Below are positions 26,330 to 40,629 of a stretch of DNA of 64,000 bases, in pieces; the first letter of the stretch is position 1, and each line of letters starts with the position of its first letter. The notes under the pieces were generated by a model, which was not told the DNA's origin, ran no database searches, and saw only the letters and a program-made list of their open reading frames with translations. The DNA lies in assembly GCA_013265495.1 (NCBI GenBank), contig MU058065.1, forward strand, positions 5,640,302-5,704,301, in the 5' to 3' direction. Both the position numbers and the translations under genes were made by a program. The DNA is from Vicugna vicugna. Its lineage: Eukaryota.

Positions 26330-26995
26330 GGAGTTTGTAACCCGGAGTCTGAGACTGGCATGAGGGTCTACAAGTAGAATTCAGGGATCTGTGAACTTGG
26401 ATAGGGAAAAAGGACGCGCTTACTCAGTGGCATACTGAAGTTGAGGATGGGGGGGCAATGGGAATCTTTGTCCCTGCAGGGATGTTTTTATCACTGATAT
26501 TAAAATGAATGGTGCATGGTGATGATAAAAGCAAGACTGACTTCAATTCTGTTGTTTTTAACTTTGCTGAAGAACATGTACTGTTTTTGCCTGCATGAAC
26601 CTCTAATTAAAAGTCAGCATCTCCCTCAACTATAAATGTAGGCATGCTGCTCCCCCCATGTGTATATTAACAATACCTGTGATTTTTGTCACCAATAGAA
26701 ATCACAGATGTTTTGAACCATATTACAGTTGTGGCAGGTACCCCCTGGTTTCCAGTATATCATTTATACTCACTGCCACTTCAAAATTACGGTGTTTATA
26801 AGATTGCTGCTAGATCTTATTTAATGGGTAATACAGAAGATTAGCTGTTACTACATTCACAGATTTGTTTTGGTTTTGGTTTTAGTTTTGGCTTTTAGTG
26901 TTTGGATAGACGTATTTCAGTATGTTTGGTTTCCTTTGTAAGCTTATATATTATAAAAAATGTCCCTAGGTTCCATCAGACACAAAAAGGTGAAC
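26330..26995. mobile_element. Degenerate hAT-Charlie-like DNA transposon
   Basis: gaattcagggatctgtgaacttgga...tgtgatttttgtcaccaatagaaatcacagat; family assignment tentative. Confidence 0.4.
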
Positions 26996-27659
26996 AGTAC
27001 TGGCTGCCCTCTCTCGTAGGTAACATGCTATTTAAATGCTGGAAATATTATAATCATTGGGTTATTTTACTTTCCATGTATGTGTCTTATTTCCCCAAAT
27101 AAATTACCAGTTCTCAAGACTGTGGATGAAGTCATATATTTCTTTATTTCTTCCACAGGCCCTTAAAAAAGAGTAATCACTCTACCACCGTTTGTTGATT
27201 GACTGGCTAATAGAACTCCTTCAAGCTTCAGCGATCTAAACCCAGTTTCAAATTCAATGACCAGGAGATGAATAATATGACAGGAGGAGGAAAAGTATGG
27301 AGATCAAGTCTTCCATGTCAATTGGCAAACTGCGGGGATAAGGTGCTGGATCTTGCTTCTTAGAAACTATAAATAGCTGTAGAAGAAAAAGGTCCACTGG
27401 AATTTTCCATCAAGGCTAATAGAGTAAGGCAGAGTGCCCGGATAACATGGGAACCAAAGCAGATTCCAAACTGGGAAAATGCTCCTGGGCAGGATGGCAT
27501 CATTTTTTTTTTACATACTGGAAGGCTTAGAAAATAATGCCAGTCAGCCTGGGAGTCTAGTATTTGCAAAGAACTCCACTCTGCACAGAGCGCACGTCAC
27601 TCTCTGGCACTGGAGCTGAAGAGAGTTCTGGGACCCTTTGATACCAAGAGACTCTGACT

Positions 27660-28145
27660 GTCCCAGTTATCTTTGTTTTTATAATAGTTTTATAATAAAC
27701 TGCGAAGACTGCATGGCATAAAACAACCACCACTTTCTTTTGCTCACGGATTCTGTGGGTCACCAATTCAGGCACAGCAGGGATGGCTCTTTTCTTCTGC
27801 ACGATTATCTGGGGCTTCCAGGTTGGGATTCTGCAGGCACATGGCTGGCACCTGGGCTGCAGTGGCTGGAGGATCGGCCAGAACACTTACCTCCATGTGG
27901 GCTCTCCATGTGGGTTGGGTTTCTCATAACAGTGCAGGAGGGGGCTTCCCAAGAGAAGGGTCTCTGGAGAGCGAGCATTGTGAGAGGACCAGGTGGAAGC
28001 CTCATGGCCTGTTCTAGCCCTTCCGTCGTACTCCATTGCCAAGGCGGTCACAATCTGCCCAGCATCAACAGGAAGGGACATAGACCTCACCCCCTGTAGG
28101 AAGAGTACTTGAGAAGTTTGGAGTCACGTTTTACAGCCACCACAC
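27660..28145 (-). mobile_element. MaLR LTR (MLT1F/H-like)
   Basis: ggcataaaacaaccac...tgctcacggattctgtgggtca...ggcacagcagggatggct. Confidence 0.7.
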
Positions 28146-29024
28146 TGACCAAGTGAATATGACTGCTCCCAAGCTTAGCGAGAATACCCAGAGCCACAGG
28201 TGGGCCAGGCATGGGGTGATCTCTCATCTGGTGAGAGAAGAGGGAGAGAGTGGCCCCAACAACCCCCTCAGGGTTGTCTCTCCAGAATCTTGAGTCCACC
28301 CTGCCCCTAGACAGACACCCCCAGAGAAGTCTCAGCCGCCAACAATGCTTTACAAATGAAAAGATCTCTCCTGTCAGCGTCCTAACCCACCACCCCACCC
28401 TGATTGCCATTCCTCCTACACATCCTTAAGCCTCCAAATTACCCTCTAGCAAAAAACCTGTTCCCACAAAGTTCGTTCTGCGTGCTGGTGTGTCTCATTG
28501 TTCTTCTATTAAGACACATCATTCACAAACACTATGTTTCTTAAAAGAGACCCTCAGCTGTCACTTACATAACAGAACTTGGCAAAACAGATGGAGCACT
28601 CCAGTGGTGTCTCTGCCTGGGGCAGTATATGCTAATATCTTGGCACAGACACCTTGAACTACTTCAATTCCCAACTAAGTTCCATCAGCTGGAAAGTTCG
28701 AAGGGGTGGTGTGCAAGATCTTAGAATAGTGAGTGGAGGAAGCTTTTCTTTTTCCCCAAGAAAACAGAACTATCTTCTCATCAGTCATATGATTGGAGAA
28801 ATCTATAGAGCTACTCTCCAAAATCGGCCGGAAGGGAGAAAGCTCTATGCTATCTAAAGAAAGGTACTACCCATAGAAAGAAAGGACATGGTACCCAGGA
28901 CTTAGAAGCAAAGAGCATTTCAGAGAGGGGGAATAGCATGCACAAAGATGGGGAGGCAGCAATGTTCTTCCCAGAATATCAGGATGGCTGGCCTACCTTG
29001 AGTGGAAGGTTTGGGTTTGGGAGC

Positions 29025-29730
29025 TGGAGAGATGTATTCTTTTGTCTACTCAAACCAGCACCCCCACCTTCTTTGGGAAACAGCTCCTTCCCCATCTGGT
29101 TCTCTATAGCCCCAGGATGGGCATGTGACTCAGGCTGGGCTAATCCTAGTAACTGGTCCCTTCAACATCAGTGATTGGCTCAGGAATATGCAAATGACCA
29201 AGCCAGGCCAATCAGAGCCCATGCTCCAGAATGTTTCCAACTGGAGCTCATGGGAAGAGCTCACGTTTCTCTCTGATTTTGAAGGAAGAGACAGGAGTGT
29301 GTACAGAGCTGAAGAACCAAAACTCTTCCATCGGAATGGCTTCAAATCCCAGGCCCACCTCTTTCTTGCTTCTGTGAGTTTGTGCAAGTTCTTCACCAAG
29401 GCTCCACTTCTTCATCTGTAAAACAGGGGTAACCACGCCCCCTCAGAGGGCTGTGCTGAGGATTAAATGAGAATGTATGTCAGGTGCTTAGAATAGTGCC
29501 TGGACTTACCAAGAGCTCCATAGATGGTTGTCATTACGTTAAAGACAACATCTCCAGGGCTGCCTACCCCATGGCAACAGCTTTAGGGGTAAGTCAGTCC
29601 TCGAAAGAGGAGGGGATTGAGCAACCTACCCTCTGTGCAATTTGGTTATAGGAATCAACAAATTCTTTTTTTTAATTTAAGCTGATTTGATTTTGAATTC
29701 TGTCACTGGTGCCCAAAAAGTGGTTGAGTG
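29025..29730 (+). mobile_element. Old ERVL/MaLR LTR interrupted by a MIR (about 29300-29540)
   Basis: gtgattggctcaggaatatgcaaatgaccaagccaggccaatcagag; the MIR carries ttcttcatctgtaaaacagggg...cttagaatagtgcctgg. Confidence 0.55.
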
Positions 29731-30989
29731 GTTTAAAAAAAATTTTTTTAAGGACAAAAATACTTAGAAATACAGCCATATGTTTCTCTAATTACACAAT
29801 TCATTTCAATAATGCTAGTTTTGTGACTATTTCTTTTCTGTGATTCCTTTCCCCTAAGATTATTTGCTAAACTCCTGAAAATACAAATCAAGCTGGAGGA
29901 AGTTTCAAAGAGAAGTTGGGATGGGGACAAGAACACATGTTAGAGATGTAGAGAAGATTAAGTGGTCCATCTGCCTTGTGAGTTCCAAGCTCTGAGAACC
30001 CCCTGACCGCCTAACACCCTGACTCCCAATTCTCAAACCAGTAACAGCCCAGAGCGCTAGCTCAGAGCTCAGGTTCAGTATCCCAGGTTACAAATGGAAT
30101 CAGAGAGGCAGCATCCTCCTGAGAAACCAAATTGAAAAGCCAAGGAAACAGGAGAAGTATGCTCGCTCCCACCGCTGTAACTTAACACTGTTGTGAGAGA
30201 ATAAACCATAAACATAAGAAAAAATACCATTATTTGCAGCTAGTTTCCACTCTATACCTGTAAAGCAAAGAGAATCATGTTTAAAAAAAAAACCTGTTAA
30301 AATCAATAGGAAAATTCAATAAGGTGGCTAGCCATAAAAATTTATACAAGAAAATCCATAGTTCGCTACATACACATTTGAACGTATTTGAAAATATAAT
30401 GAAAGAAAAATCCCACTTAAAAAGGGACAACAACAATAGTCAAAAAGTCAGAACAAACAAAATAAGGATAAACCTAATATGGAATGTGCAGAATCTAAAT
30501 GAAGAAAAACTTTAAAATGCTAACGAGGGCCTTCCATTAATTTGTAGAAGCTGGACAGATGACAAGATAGAGCTGGAGAATACACATATGGTGCCAGAGA
30601 AGAAGGATCAGAGAGCCCAGATAAAAGAGGAAACAAGCAGAGGTGGGAAGGCAGAGCCTGGACTTCTCCTTGGGCCAGTGCAGGTGTGGTTGCAGGTGCT
30701 GTCCTGGGGTGCGCGTGGCTCTGGGCACGGCTGGGGAGAAGCTGACCTACCTGCCCATCACCCAGCTCTGAGTCACCGCTCCCTTCCTGGGGACAGGTTG
30801 CACTCCAGGCCCCCAAGATTTAGAGGCAGACCTGCGGGCTGAACAAGCCAGCAAAAGTGAACACTGGGCAGCAGAGACACAGCTGTTAACAAAAGCAGCA
30901 TCCCATCCCAGTGGAATAAAAATCAGACCTTCTGTTTTTAAACATAGATTATACTATTATTTATGTATAATGAGGCCAACAGATCAGGA

Positions 30990-32405
30990 AATGACTGCCA
31001 CTGAAAGAACAGTTTGTGTCTTTTCAACAAATGGTGCTGGAGCAATTGGACATTCACATGTTAAAAAAATAATAAATGTAGACACAGACCATATACCTTT
31101 CACAAAAATTAACTCAAAATGGATCACAGATCTAAATGTAAAACTCAAACCTATTAAACTCCTAGAAGGCAACGTAAGGAAAAACTCAGACGACCCTGGG
31201 TATAGTGATAACTTTTTAGATAAAACACGAAAAGCAGGATCCATGATATAATAATTGATAATTTGGACTTCATTAGAATTTAAACCTTCTGTTCTGGAAA
31301 AGGCAATGTCAAGAAAATGTGAAGACAAGCCACAGACTGGGAGAAATTATTTGTAAAAGACATATCTGATTAAGGACACATCTGATAAAGGACTGTTATC
31401 CAAAATACACAAAGAACTCAAACTTCAACAATAAGAAAACAACCTAATTAAAAGATAAGCCAAATTTCTCAACAGTCACTTCACCAAAGATATACAGATG
31501 GTAAATAAGCATATGAAAAGATGTTCCACATAATATGCCATCAGGGAAATGCAAATAAAAACAAGATACTACTTTCCACCTATTAGAATGGCCAAAATCC
31601 AGAACACCGACAACACCAAATGCTGGAGAGGATGTGGGGAAATTGAAACTGTCTCATGCAAAATGGTACAGCCACTGCGGAAGACACTTGAGTGGTTTCT
31701 CACAAAACTAAACACACTCTGACCATAGGATCCATCAATCACAATCCTTGGTATTTACCCAAAGGAGTTAAAAACTTATCTTCACACAAAAACCTGCATG
31801 TGGATTTTTATAGCAGCTTTACTTATGGAAAGTAAACTTGAAAGAACCAAAATGTCTTTCAGTAGGTGAATGGGTAAATAAACTGTGGCTCATCTAGACA
31901 ATGGAATATTATTCAGTGTTAAAAACAGATGAGCTATCAAGCCATGAAAAGAAAAGAAGGAACCTTAAATGCATATTACTTAGTGAAAGAAGCCAATCTG
32001 AAAATGCTCCATACCATATGATTCCAACTATATGACGTTCTGGAAAAGGCAAAACACAGAGACAACAGACATATCAGTGGCTACAAAGGTGGTGGATGAA
32101 TAGATTAAGCAACAGAAATTTTAGGGCAGTAAAAACTATACATTTGTCCAAACCCACGGAACGCACAACACCCAGGGTGAACAGTCGTGTAAACCATGGA
32201 CTTTGGGTGATGGTGATGTGTCAGGGTAGGTTCACCGATTATAACAAATGTGCCACTCTCTAGGGGAAGTTGGTTGAATAGTGTGGGATGCTATAAAGGT
32301 GCGGGGGGCGGGGGGCAGGGTACATGGGAAATCTCTGAACCTTCCCATCAATTTTGCTGTGGACTTTGAATTGCTCTTAAAAAATAAAGTCTTAATTTTA
32401 AAATG
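30990..32405 (+). mobile_element. L1 (L1MB/MC-like) 3' portion: degenerate ORF2 end plus 3' UTR
   Basis: Translation ..PFTKINSKWITDLNVK..IKLLEGN..; typical ORF2 3' DNA; ends aaaaataaagtcttaattttaaaa. Confidence 0.88.
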
Positions 32406-32441
32406 ATAATTAATTGATTGATTGATTTTTAAAAGATAAGT

Positions 32442-32890
32442 TTGTTATACTCATAGGTCCGAAAAGAAGAGGGGCATGCCATGACGCCGAGGGACACACA
32501 GGGAAGAACCAGGGCCAGTCAGGAAGCAGAAGGAGCAAGGAGAAAACGGGGGCACGAGCCTTTATTGCATTTCCATGTGAAGAAACAGGTGAGGCAGGGC
32601 AAGCAGGCATGGCATTGGCTAATCTGAATGATTCACTGGGCCCTGGGGCGGAGGGAGTCCTTACTTGTCTGGTACCTGACCCTCAGGTGATGTGATCAGG
32701 GCAGGAGAATAGTGGCCCAGAGTGTAAGAATTTGATAAAGGAGGGGATTGGGGCTAGGGCTCTGGATTGGTGAGTTATTTGCTCTCTAGAAATTAGCTGT
32801 CCCTGGGAGAAGATGCCTCTCCAGAGTCAGCAAGGCCCCAAGATGGCAAAGCATCAAAAATACAAAACAAAAAAACATGATGAATACACT
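32442..32890 (-). mobile_element. ERVL-type LTR fragment
   Basis: tgtt...aca termini; minus-strand AATAAA (ctttattg near 32560) and CCAAT boxes. Confidence 0.5.
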
Positions 32891-34479
32891 CTCGCATGAC
32901 GTTAACCAGTTCACGAAGCATTTCACCTTTATGAGCCTGTATCTTCTTCATTACTTCCCTGAGAAAGAAGAAACCTGGGGCAAAAGTCCACATGCCCAGT
33001 TTCCTGCAGCTCATCTTGCATAAACCAACTACCCAGGGCTACATGTGGCTCCTGGGTGGCAGATTTAGGACAAGAATTTGCATCTTCCAACTACCAGACC
33101 AACATAGAGTTTCCTGTACAACACTCAATAGCTAACTTCATGCATACATAACTACTCGTTGATATAAAGGATGGGCGAGCGGTGCCTGACAATCCCTGCC
33201 TTAGCAATGAGCTACGGGTTAAAGATATTGAAGCTCTCTTTTAAAATGTAAATGTCATCTAGGAAAGTGGACACCTAAACCACTATCTTTTGTTAATCCC
33301 ACAGCCCAGAGCAGTTAATCACTAACTTTTCTCTGTGCTACCCAGAGAACGCTAACCTGGAACAGGTCTGAACTACACACTTGAATAGGCTGGGGATGGG
33401 TCTGGCAGGACACCTGTGTTCTGGCCTCAGTGTTTTCACCTGTAAAACAGGGAAGGCTGGATCTGATTTTCTCTAAAATCCTGAGGTCAATGCCTCCCTT
33501 TCATCAGGGGTTAAACTCTGCTTTGTACATGTCTTAGGAATCTTGGCACAAGAGTGCCCTGCCCCGTTTGGCATTTTAATCCAAATCTCTTCATTCTGTT
33601 AGGCAGTGGTTTAGAGCTTTTTACTCATTTAACAGGTAGATCTTTTTGAAGTTGTCATTTAAAATAATTTGATATTCAAGCAGCATGTGTGTGGTTAAAA
33701 GTCATAAAATTATTCATTTGAAAGACTTCTCCTTTTCTGTCGGATACCAATTTTGAAGTGTGTAGCAGTTCCCTGGAGCAAAGCTCGCTGCCTAGAAAGC
33801 CTTTGTTCAGCAATGCTTTGCCACCATCACTAAACTGAGTTATTCTGACAGCCTTTGATGCAGTGGGCTTTTTTTTCCCCTAAGTGTGTGTATGAAAGCT
33901 GAACAGCAACGTAATTTAATTCCTCAAGATTTCCTTTTTAATCACCAGGGTGGTTCTTCTGGGGTACAGAGAGTTGACCCCATTTTCTCAAGCTGAAATT
34001 CATTTAGGTCAAATAATTCTTGGAATTTGAATTAGGTATTTTTCCTTATCAGTCAGCATGAACTTGGAGCTTCATTTTCCAGCAGCTGGCAACGTCTGTG
34101 CTACAGATGATTTAAGGAAACCAAATGTGGACAAGGAAGATATTCACAGCACACTGAATTCTGTTGGCAAAATTCCTCATGACATTCTGAATCGATGTCA
34201 AGGTACAATTATGTTAGGTGTCTGAATTCCTTTTACAAAAGGAAAATGAGACAATTATCAAGGGCTAAGAATGTAATCAAAATAACACAACCATTTTACT
34301 GTTGAATAAGAAATCTTTCTGTAAACACTGTGGCAAATTATTTCAGAATAAAAAAATATTTACCCCAAGGGGATTCTATTGAAAAATGTGTAATGAAAAG
34401 TTAAGGGCCATCTTCCTCTCCACTCTAATGTGCAGCCCCAGCATTAAAGCCTGATTATTTTTTCAACGAGCAAGGGACA

Positions 34480-34516
34480 AATCTATCTATCTATAATGAA
34501 TCTATCTATCTATAAT
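34480..34516. repeat. Tandem duplication of AATCTATCTATCTATAAT
   Basis: Two copies, at 34480-34497 and 34499-34516. Confidence 0.85.
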
Positions 34517-36389
34517 AAAACACCAAGCTACAAGGTGTTTCTCCACACAGGGATTGAGTTTAAGTATATAAATACTTCTATGTGGTTTGTCAATTTTCTT
34601 TAGTAATTAAAAAAATGCCAATTTAGGGTCTCCCAGTGGAAAAGGATTCTGTGAAAACTAATTAAAAATGAAAGCAGAAGGTGGGTTAACTTAAAGTGAC
34701 CTAAGGCAGAGCATCTCCTGCATCTCCACCCCTTGGCTGCCTGCAGATTCTTAACTTCATTTATTTGACCATCTGGGCATCCAGTGAATTAAGCTCCATA
34801 CTCTCAGAATAGAATTTTTAGGAAGACAAGGAGGGGTTGGGGTAGATCCCCAGACCTGGTCCCCAAGAGGATGTCTGTTTAAGCCCTCGGGATTCAGGCT
34901 AGACCAGGGTATCATGAGAGCATTTTTCTCCCCACCAAGGCAACAAAAAAACATCCCCAGCAAAAGAGAGACGCCTGAGACACCTTTATGTCAATTCCGT
35001 AAATACCTCCTGAGCACCAATATGGCCAGCACTATAATCAAGGATTCAGGCATGAGATGACACAGATCCTGCTCTGGCACACATTAAGCACTGGGTATTT
35101 ACTGAATGAAGAATCAGCCGAGGGAAATGGCAGTGTGATCGAGAAGAATGAACAGAAAGACACTGAGCTCATAGTAATCGCACAAAAAACATTTGAGGAA
35201 TTAACGAGTGGTTGGATGGAGAACTAACAGGCGAGGGAAATTGAACTCTGGCCCCAAGGTTTTAAACCTTGCAGCCGATATCACAGGAATACCATGGATG
35301 CAGTAGGGGATTTGGAGGGGAAAATTCAAGGCTATCTTAGTTTACGGTAACAGCAGGACGTTCTAGTGTGGATGTGTTGTCCACCTCTCCTCACCTAGGA
35401 GCAGCCCAGAGCTGGCACAGACTGCCCTAGGATGGAGCCCCAAGGGGAGGACTCTGAGATCCAAGATATAGTTATAGAAAGAGAAATTCTCGCAGATGGG
35501 ATTTCATTACAGGCCTATATTTCAACCACCCATATGATGGCTTGTGTTAACTTACGGTTTGTGTTACCCACATTTTCCTTAGACGAGCCCCAGATCTGCT
35601 TTTCTATAATAACTCAGTTAGATCTTGTCATTTCCAGAATTTTACATTTCCATCTTTTTAAGTCAATTTGTCCATGGTACCTAAAAACGTATGTTCTTTG
35701 GGTCTTTCTACTCCATCCAGTTTTGCCCAGCCTCCTCCCTCAGTGGACAGAGCCAGCATTCATTCCCTTTGCTTTCCTGAGACTTGGTGGATCTGCTCTT
35801 TCTTATTTAGGAGGAGTGAGGAGTCTGGTGTCTGGAAGGAGAAGCCATGGGTTCAGGATTAACCAAGCCCTATTCATTATTCTCAGTTGATGAAAATGAT
35901 CAGTTTTTCAAAATTCCACTTTCCCGTGTAGTGTGACCCCACCACCACCGCCGCCCGGCCCGTGCCCTGCACTGAGAGTCAGGGTCCACTTGCTTCCTCT
36001 GGACGCCTCCATCCCAGCAGTCAGAGGGGCCAGGGTCACAGGGAGGCCATGGGCATAGGATTGGCCACACTCAACTAACCCAATGGCATCTCTGTGGCCA
36101 TTCACAAATGAAAGACAAACAGAAGCCAGGAAGAAGCCAGAGGAAACTTCCTGCTAAGCACCCTGCCCTGAATATAAACATGCCCAAAGATGTCACCAAG
36201 TCTCAACACTTGTGCTGGAAGATCTTTTAGACAAGACTGCCTAGTCTGCTACTTCTGCTAGTCATGTCTCGCCATTAGCATTTTTGCCTTCTTCACTGTC
36301 CACTTATATCTACCATTTTCTTAATAATTTTGTTTAAATCGACTCAAATTTTTTTAAATAAAGTTACTTTAAAAGAAAGTAGTTAATGT

Positions 36390-36665
36390 CAGTAGAAAAC
36401 AAACTTGTGGTTACCAACTTCAGGGAAAGGGAGGGTGGGAGGGATAACTTAGGAGTATGGGACTAACGGATACAAACTACTGTACATAAAATAGATAAGC
36501 AATAAGGATTTACTGTACATCACAGAGAACTATATTCAATATCTTGTAATGACTTAGAATGGAAAATAGTCTGAAATACATACACATATATACACGACTG
36601 AATCGCCTTTCTGTACACTTAAAACTAACAAATATTGTAAATCAACTATACTTCAATTTAAATTT
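36390..36665 (+). mobile_element. L1 3' UTR end (cetartiodactyl-type)
   Basis: gtggttacc...gatacaaactactgtacataaaatagataagcaataaggatttactgtac...tgtaaatcaactatacttcaat. Confidence 0.82.
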
Positions 36666-36924
36666 TTTAATTTTTAAAGTTATATCACTGTTACAAAGAG
36701 AAAACTAATTTCATTTGTCATATAAACAGGAGGTAACCATAAAAATAAATATAATGAAAAACACAATCATAACATTCTCACTAACTCTGAAACTAAGCCC
36801 TGCTCTCTGTTAGAGAGATTAGCCAGTGCCTAGAGAGGGTGTTAAAGATGTGTTAGCATCAAATTGAGACCTTCTCTTTTTGACCAAAAGCATTGAAAAC
36901 AAATTCATCGTCGAAACAATAAAA

Positions 36925-37075
36925 ACTTATACAACACTATGTGCCAGGCACAGTTCTCATGTCAACACCAAAAGGTAGTGATCAATCTTCTCCCCTTGAG
37001 AAACATGGAAACTGAGACACAGAGAGATTAAGTAAAGGGTGAAGCCAGGATTCAAGCCAGTGTGACTCTAAACAG
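36925..37075 (-). mobile_element. MIR fragment
   Basis: cactatgtgccaggcac...ggaaactgagacacagagagattaagtaa. Confidence 0.6.
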
Positions 37076-38276
37076 AATCCCTTTCTCGTGATGTTACTTA
37101 GTGTTGTACATCCGTCACCTAAAATCCCCACCCCTTAGCAACCGCTGAGCAAGGGCATCCTGAATTAGAAGGAAGACACGGAGCCCAAGTTCACACATTT
37201 AGAGTCAGGACTAGTATTCCACTACACAGAGACCTTGATGAAAACAAATCCTGCTCTCAAGGTCAATCTGCCTTTTGGACTTGTTACCTTCAGCAAGTAT
37301 TTCTTCTACAACTCACTGGTCCTTTCCATTTCTAGGTGAGCTCTGCCCGTGGTTCTGTTTCTTGTTCAGAAAACGTGGTCCTTCTGAAAAGGACACATTT
37401 CAAAACACTTGAACATTTAGTACTTAATTTTCAGCTTTACCATCTTCAGGCTTCAAGTCTTATCACATGATTCCTCTAAGGATGGGGAAAAAAAAAAAGA
37501 CATCCCATCCTGGTCCCTAAAATTCCTGCAGGAAAACATGAAGGAGGCAGAAAAAAAGGAGCTTCTCAGCCTCCCCCAGGCTGATTAAAGAGGCAGCAGC
37601 AATTCCAACCATTTTAGAATTATTGACTGATGGAGGTGCTGCTGGTAATTGCTGACGCCAGGGTTGGCAACTTAATATACCTGTGTTTGGATTAGTTAAT
37701 AGTTCAATTCCATGAAGTTATGATTGTAAATCCCAGGACTGCTGGCTTAGCTGTCATTTGCAGCTCAGGACTATCTGTGAAGTTGCCATTTACAGTCAAT
37801 TTCCTCAGAGACAGAAAGAAAGAAGAAAATGAGAAGAGAGATATGTAAATATCAAGTTCACACTTTCAGTGGAGTCCCAGGAGAACCACGGTGAAGGTGA
37901 TAGCACACACGCTGACCACAAGTCACGCCTTTGGAGTGGTACATTCTTTGATTGGAATCTGCATGATGGGCACGGATGGTGGACAGTGTACCAGCCTACT
38001 CCCCGCATCCCCACGCAACTCCCCACTTCACTGCTCATCCTCACCCTCAGGTCCCTACCCTACCCCCTGGCCTGTCTCTCGGCCTCTCCTGGCTTGAATC
38101 CTCTCCAAACACCTCATTTAACACTGCTAAAGCCATCTTGATCATGTCCCTCTTCTAAGGACAGGCCAGAACCAGTTTCTGGTATAGCCCTGCAGGCCCA
38201 AGCGGAGCCCAGGAAAAGGCTTGTTTATAGAAGCTACTATCTAGCTTTGCTACCTGCTAAATCATCGCTCGCATAA

Positions 38277-38456
38277 AAAGCCAGGTCCTTCTTGGAGAGT
38301 GATGGAAATGTTAGCTATCTTGATTGTGGTGGTGGTTTCGTGGGTGTATTACATCTATCAAAATTCATCAAACTGTACGTCTGAAATATGTGTAGTTTAC
38401 TGTACAGGAACCATACCACAATAAAGGTGTTTTAAAAAAAAATAAAGCCAGGTCCT
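38277..38456 (+). mobile_element. 5'-truncated L1 3' end with 13-bp TSD
   Basis: AAAGCCAGGTCCT at 38277-38289 and 38444-38456 flanks an L1M-type 3' UTR with AATAAA and an A-tail. Confidence 0.8.
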
Positions 38457-39387
38457 CGCTGAAGGTACAGCAGGACAGACCACTCCCAGACTGGACCATG
38501 TTTACAAAACATGTGCAGAAACAAGCTAAAATAACTATGAAACCAAAAAAGGGAAGGAATTGGAGTCATTTACTGCAGCCAATGGCATCCTGTCCCTTAG
38601 AGCCCAGCCAGGGGAATGCCAGCTCCTTTCTTGGCCAGCAGTCCCCATGTCCCAGTTTCCAGCAGTGGGGCCCTAACTTTGGACTCAAACAGGCAGAGCC
38701 CTCCGCCTACTGCCTTGCCCTTTGATTAAACCCCTGTCCTAAAGGAGGCAAGATGGGGTTTTCTTGCCCTCTCCCAAGCTAGAACGACCAAAGGCCACCC
38801 CCAAGGCTTTGGTGAGGTGAGAAAAAGAGATTCCAGGAGTGTATTCATGCTCTTGACTTTTGCTGTAAGAGGAGCTCATCTTAGCAATTGAAAGATGCCA
38901 GTCTTTCCGCTCTGGGACATCTGGGAACCAGGCCCAGACCCAGAGGAAGGTTTTCCAAGAAGATAATGAGGTCCCTTCCGAGGCCCTGGGTCGAGGGAGA
39001 GGGGTTGCCAAGGACTCATAAGGTCAATGACTTTATAGAATTTGCAAAAGCAAGACATTTTTGTATTTTTTTCTTGAAGAAGACTCCCAAGACAGTATAG
39101 ACTTCAGGCCCTATAAAATCTGATTCCACCCCTGCCCGCCCAGACCTGGGGCCAAGCCCACAGCCCTTCCTACTACTTGCACCAGCCCACCTGCCTGGCG
39201 CTAACTGGCAGACACGCTGACCACAGGAACCTGAGGGCAGAGGAGGGGAGAGTGGGGCCCAACCAGAGGGAGAAGGTGCCAGGAAAGAAGGACCTTCTGA
39301 AGCTCCCCACCCCCACCCCACAGAGGGCCTCTGAGGGGACAGGGGAGCTGCAAGGCAGAGCGCTATTTCCCAAGGTCCTTTGGACTT

Positions 39388-39610
39388 ACAGTGTAGTCGA
39401 GGCAGCAAAGTGCAGTGGAGCCAGGCTGCCTGGATTCAAGACAGACTCTACCACTTACTGGCTGGGCGACTACGGGTAAGTTACTGACCTCTCTGTGCCA
39501 CAGTCCCCTCATTGGTCAAATTGAAGAGTAGCTACCTCACTGGATTGTGGGGATTGAATGAGCACACACTGGAAAAATGCTTAGAACAGTGTGTGGCATA
39601 AAGAAGATGC
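39388..39610 (+). mobile_element. MIR SINE
   Basis: ctgcctggattcaaga...ctctaccacttactggctg...aagttactgacctctctgtgcc...cttagaacagtg. Confidence 0.78.
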
Positions 39611-40629
39611 TAGACAGTGACAGTACCTTCCCGCGCTTTTCAACATTAACCACAGAGCTAAGGTATTCTATAAGCAATACCAAGACCACTGTAAGTTTTG
39701 GCATCTAGTCACCTTGCAAACGGCCACACTACCTTCCTAAGACACCCGGAGGCAGCTCCCCTGACCTCCCGTGTACTCGCTACACCAGCAGGGGACACCT
39801 GCCCGTCTTCCAGCATCCTCCCCACTTACTCCCACACAAACTGCCCTTTCCCACTGGTGGCCTCTTTCTCTCTGCCACAATCCAGACTTGCTCCTCTCAG
39901 CCTCAAACCTTTGCTTTCCCCAGTCAGAAGTGCCTTTCACCCTCCCCTCTGACTCCAAATCTCTGAATTCCTATGATACCAAGGTATTTTTTTTTTCATT
40001 CTTGCACTTACTGATTGCCCTCTGGCTCAGTTAAAGAAAGAATCTCTTTGTATTTCATGTTAATTATCATCTGAGCCTCAGCCAAAGAAGGAGAACATAA
40101 AAAGGAACAGGCATTGTGTTGATTGTTACAGGTATCCCCACATCATTCACTCATTCACTGATTCATTCATTTACCCCATGGTTACCGTGTGCCCACCATT
40201 GGCTTTGACTCTACAGAGGGGCACAGTGCTAAAGGGCAGGGAGCAACAGATTCACCTGAGGGGTTTCTGAAATCCAGACTCCCAAGTGTGGGGTTGGCTC
40301 TGTGAATCTGCGTTTCTAAAAAGATGCCAGATGATTCAAACACTACTGGTTCAAGATCACACTTCACGTTGCCAAGGAGGTAGCACCCGCTCACTGACTG
40401 ATTTCTGATGATCACTAACTCACAGTCAGCTCCCGTGCACTAGTCACTTACCTTTGCAGGCATGTGCAATGCCCCCACACCCTTCATTACATAGCTGCCC
40501 TGTCCTCCTCAAAAAGTCTCTCCACCCCCTACACACCCCCACACACACATGCACACACACGATATTCTCTATTTCTGCTCCTTATTTGTCTCTCTTATAG
40601 AACTCTCCAGAATTTGTTTTTGGTATTTG

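Noticed and set aside
30970..31328. ORFs with polymerase-associated similarity (also 25561-25776, 44760-45068, 47242-47439)
   Set aside because: Fragments of dead L1 ORF2 or its antisense frame, not host genes.
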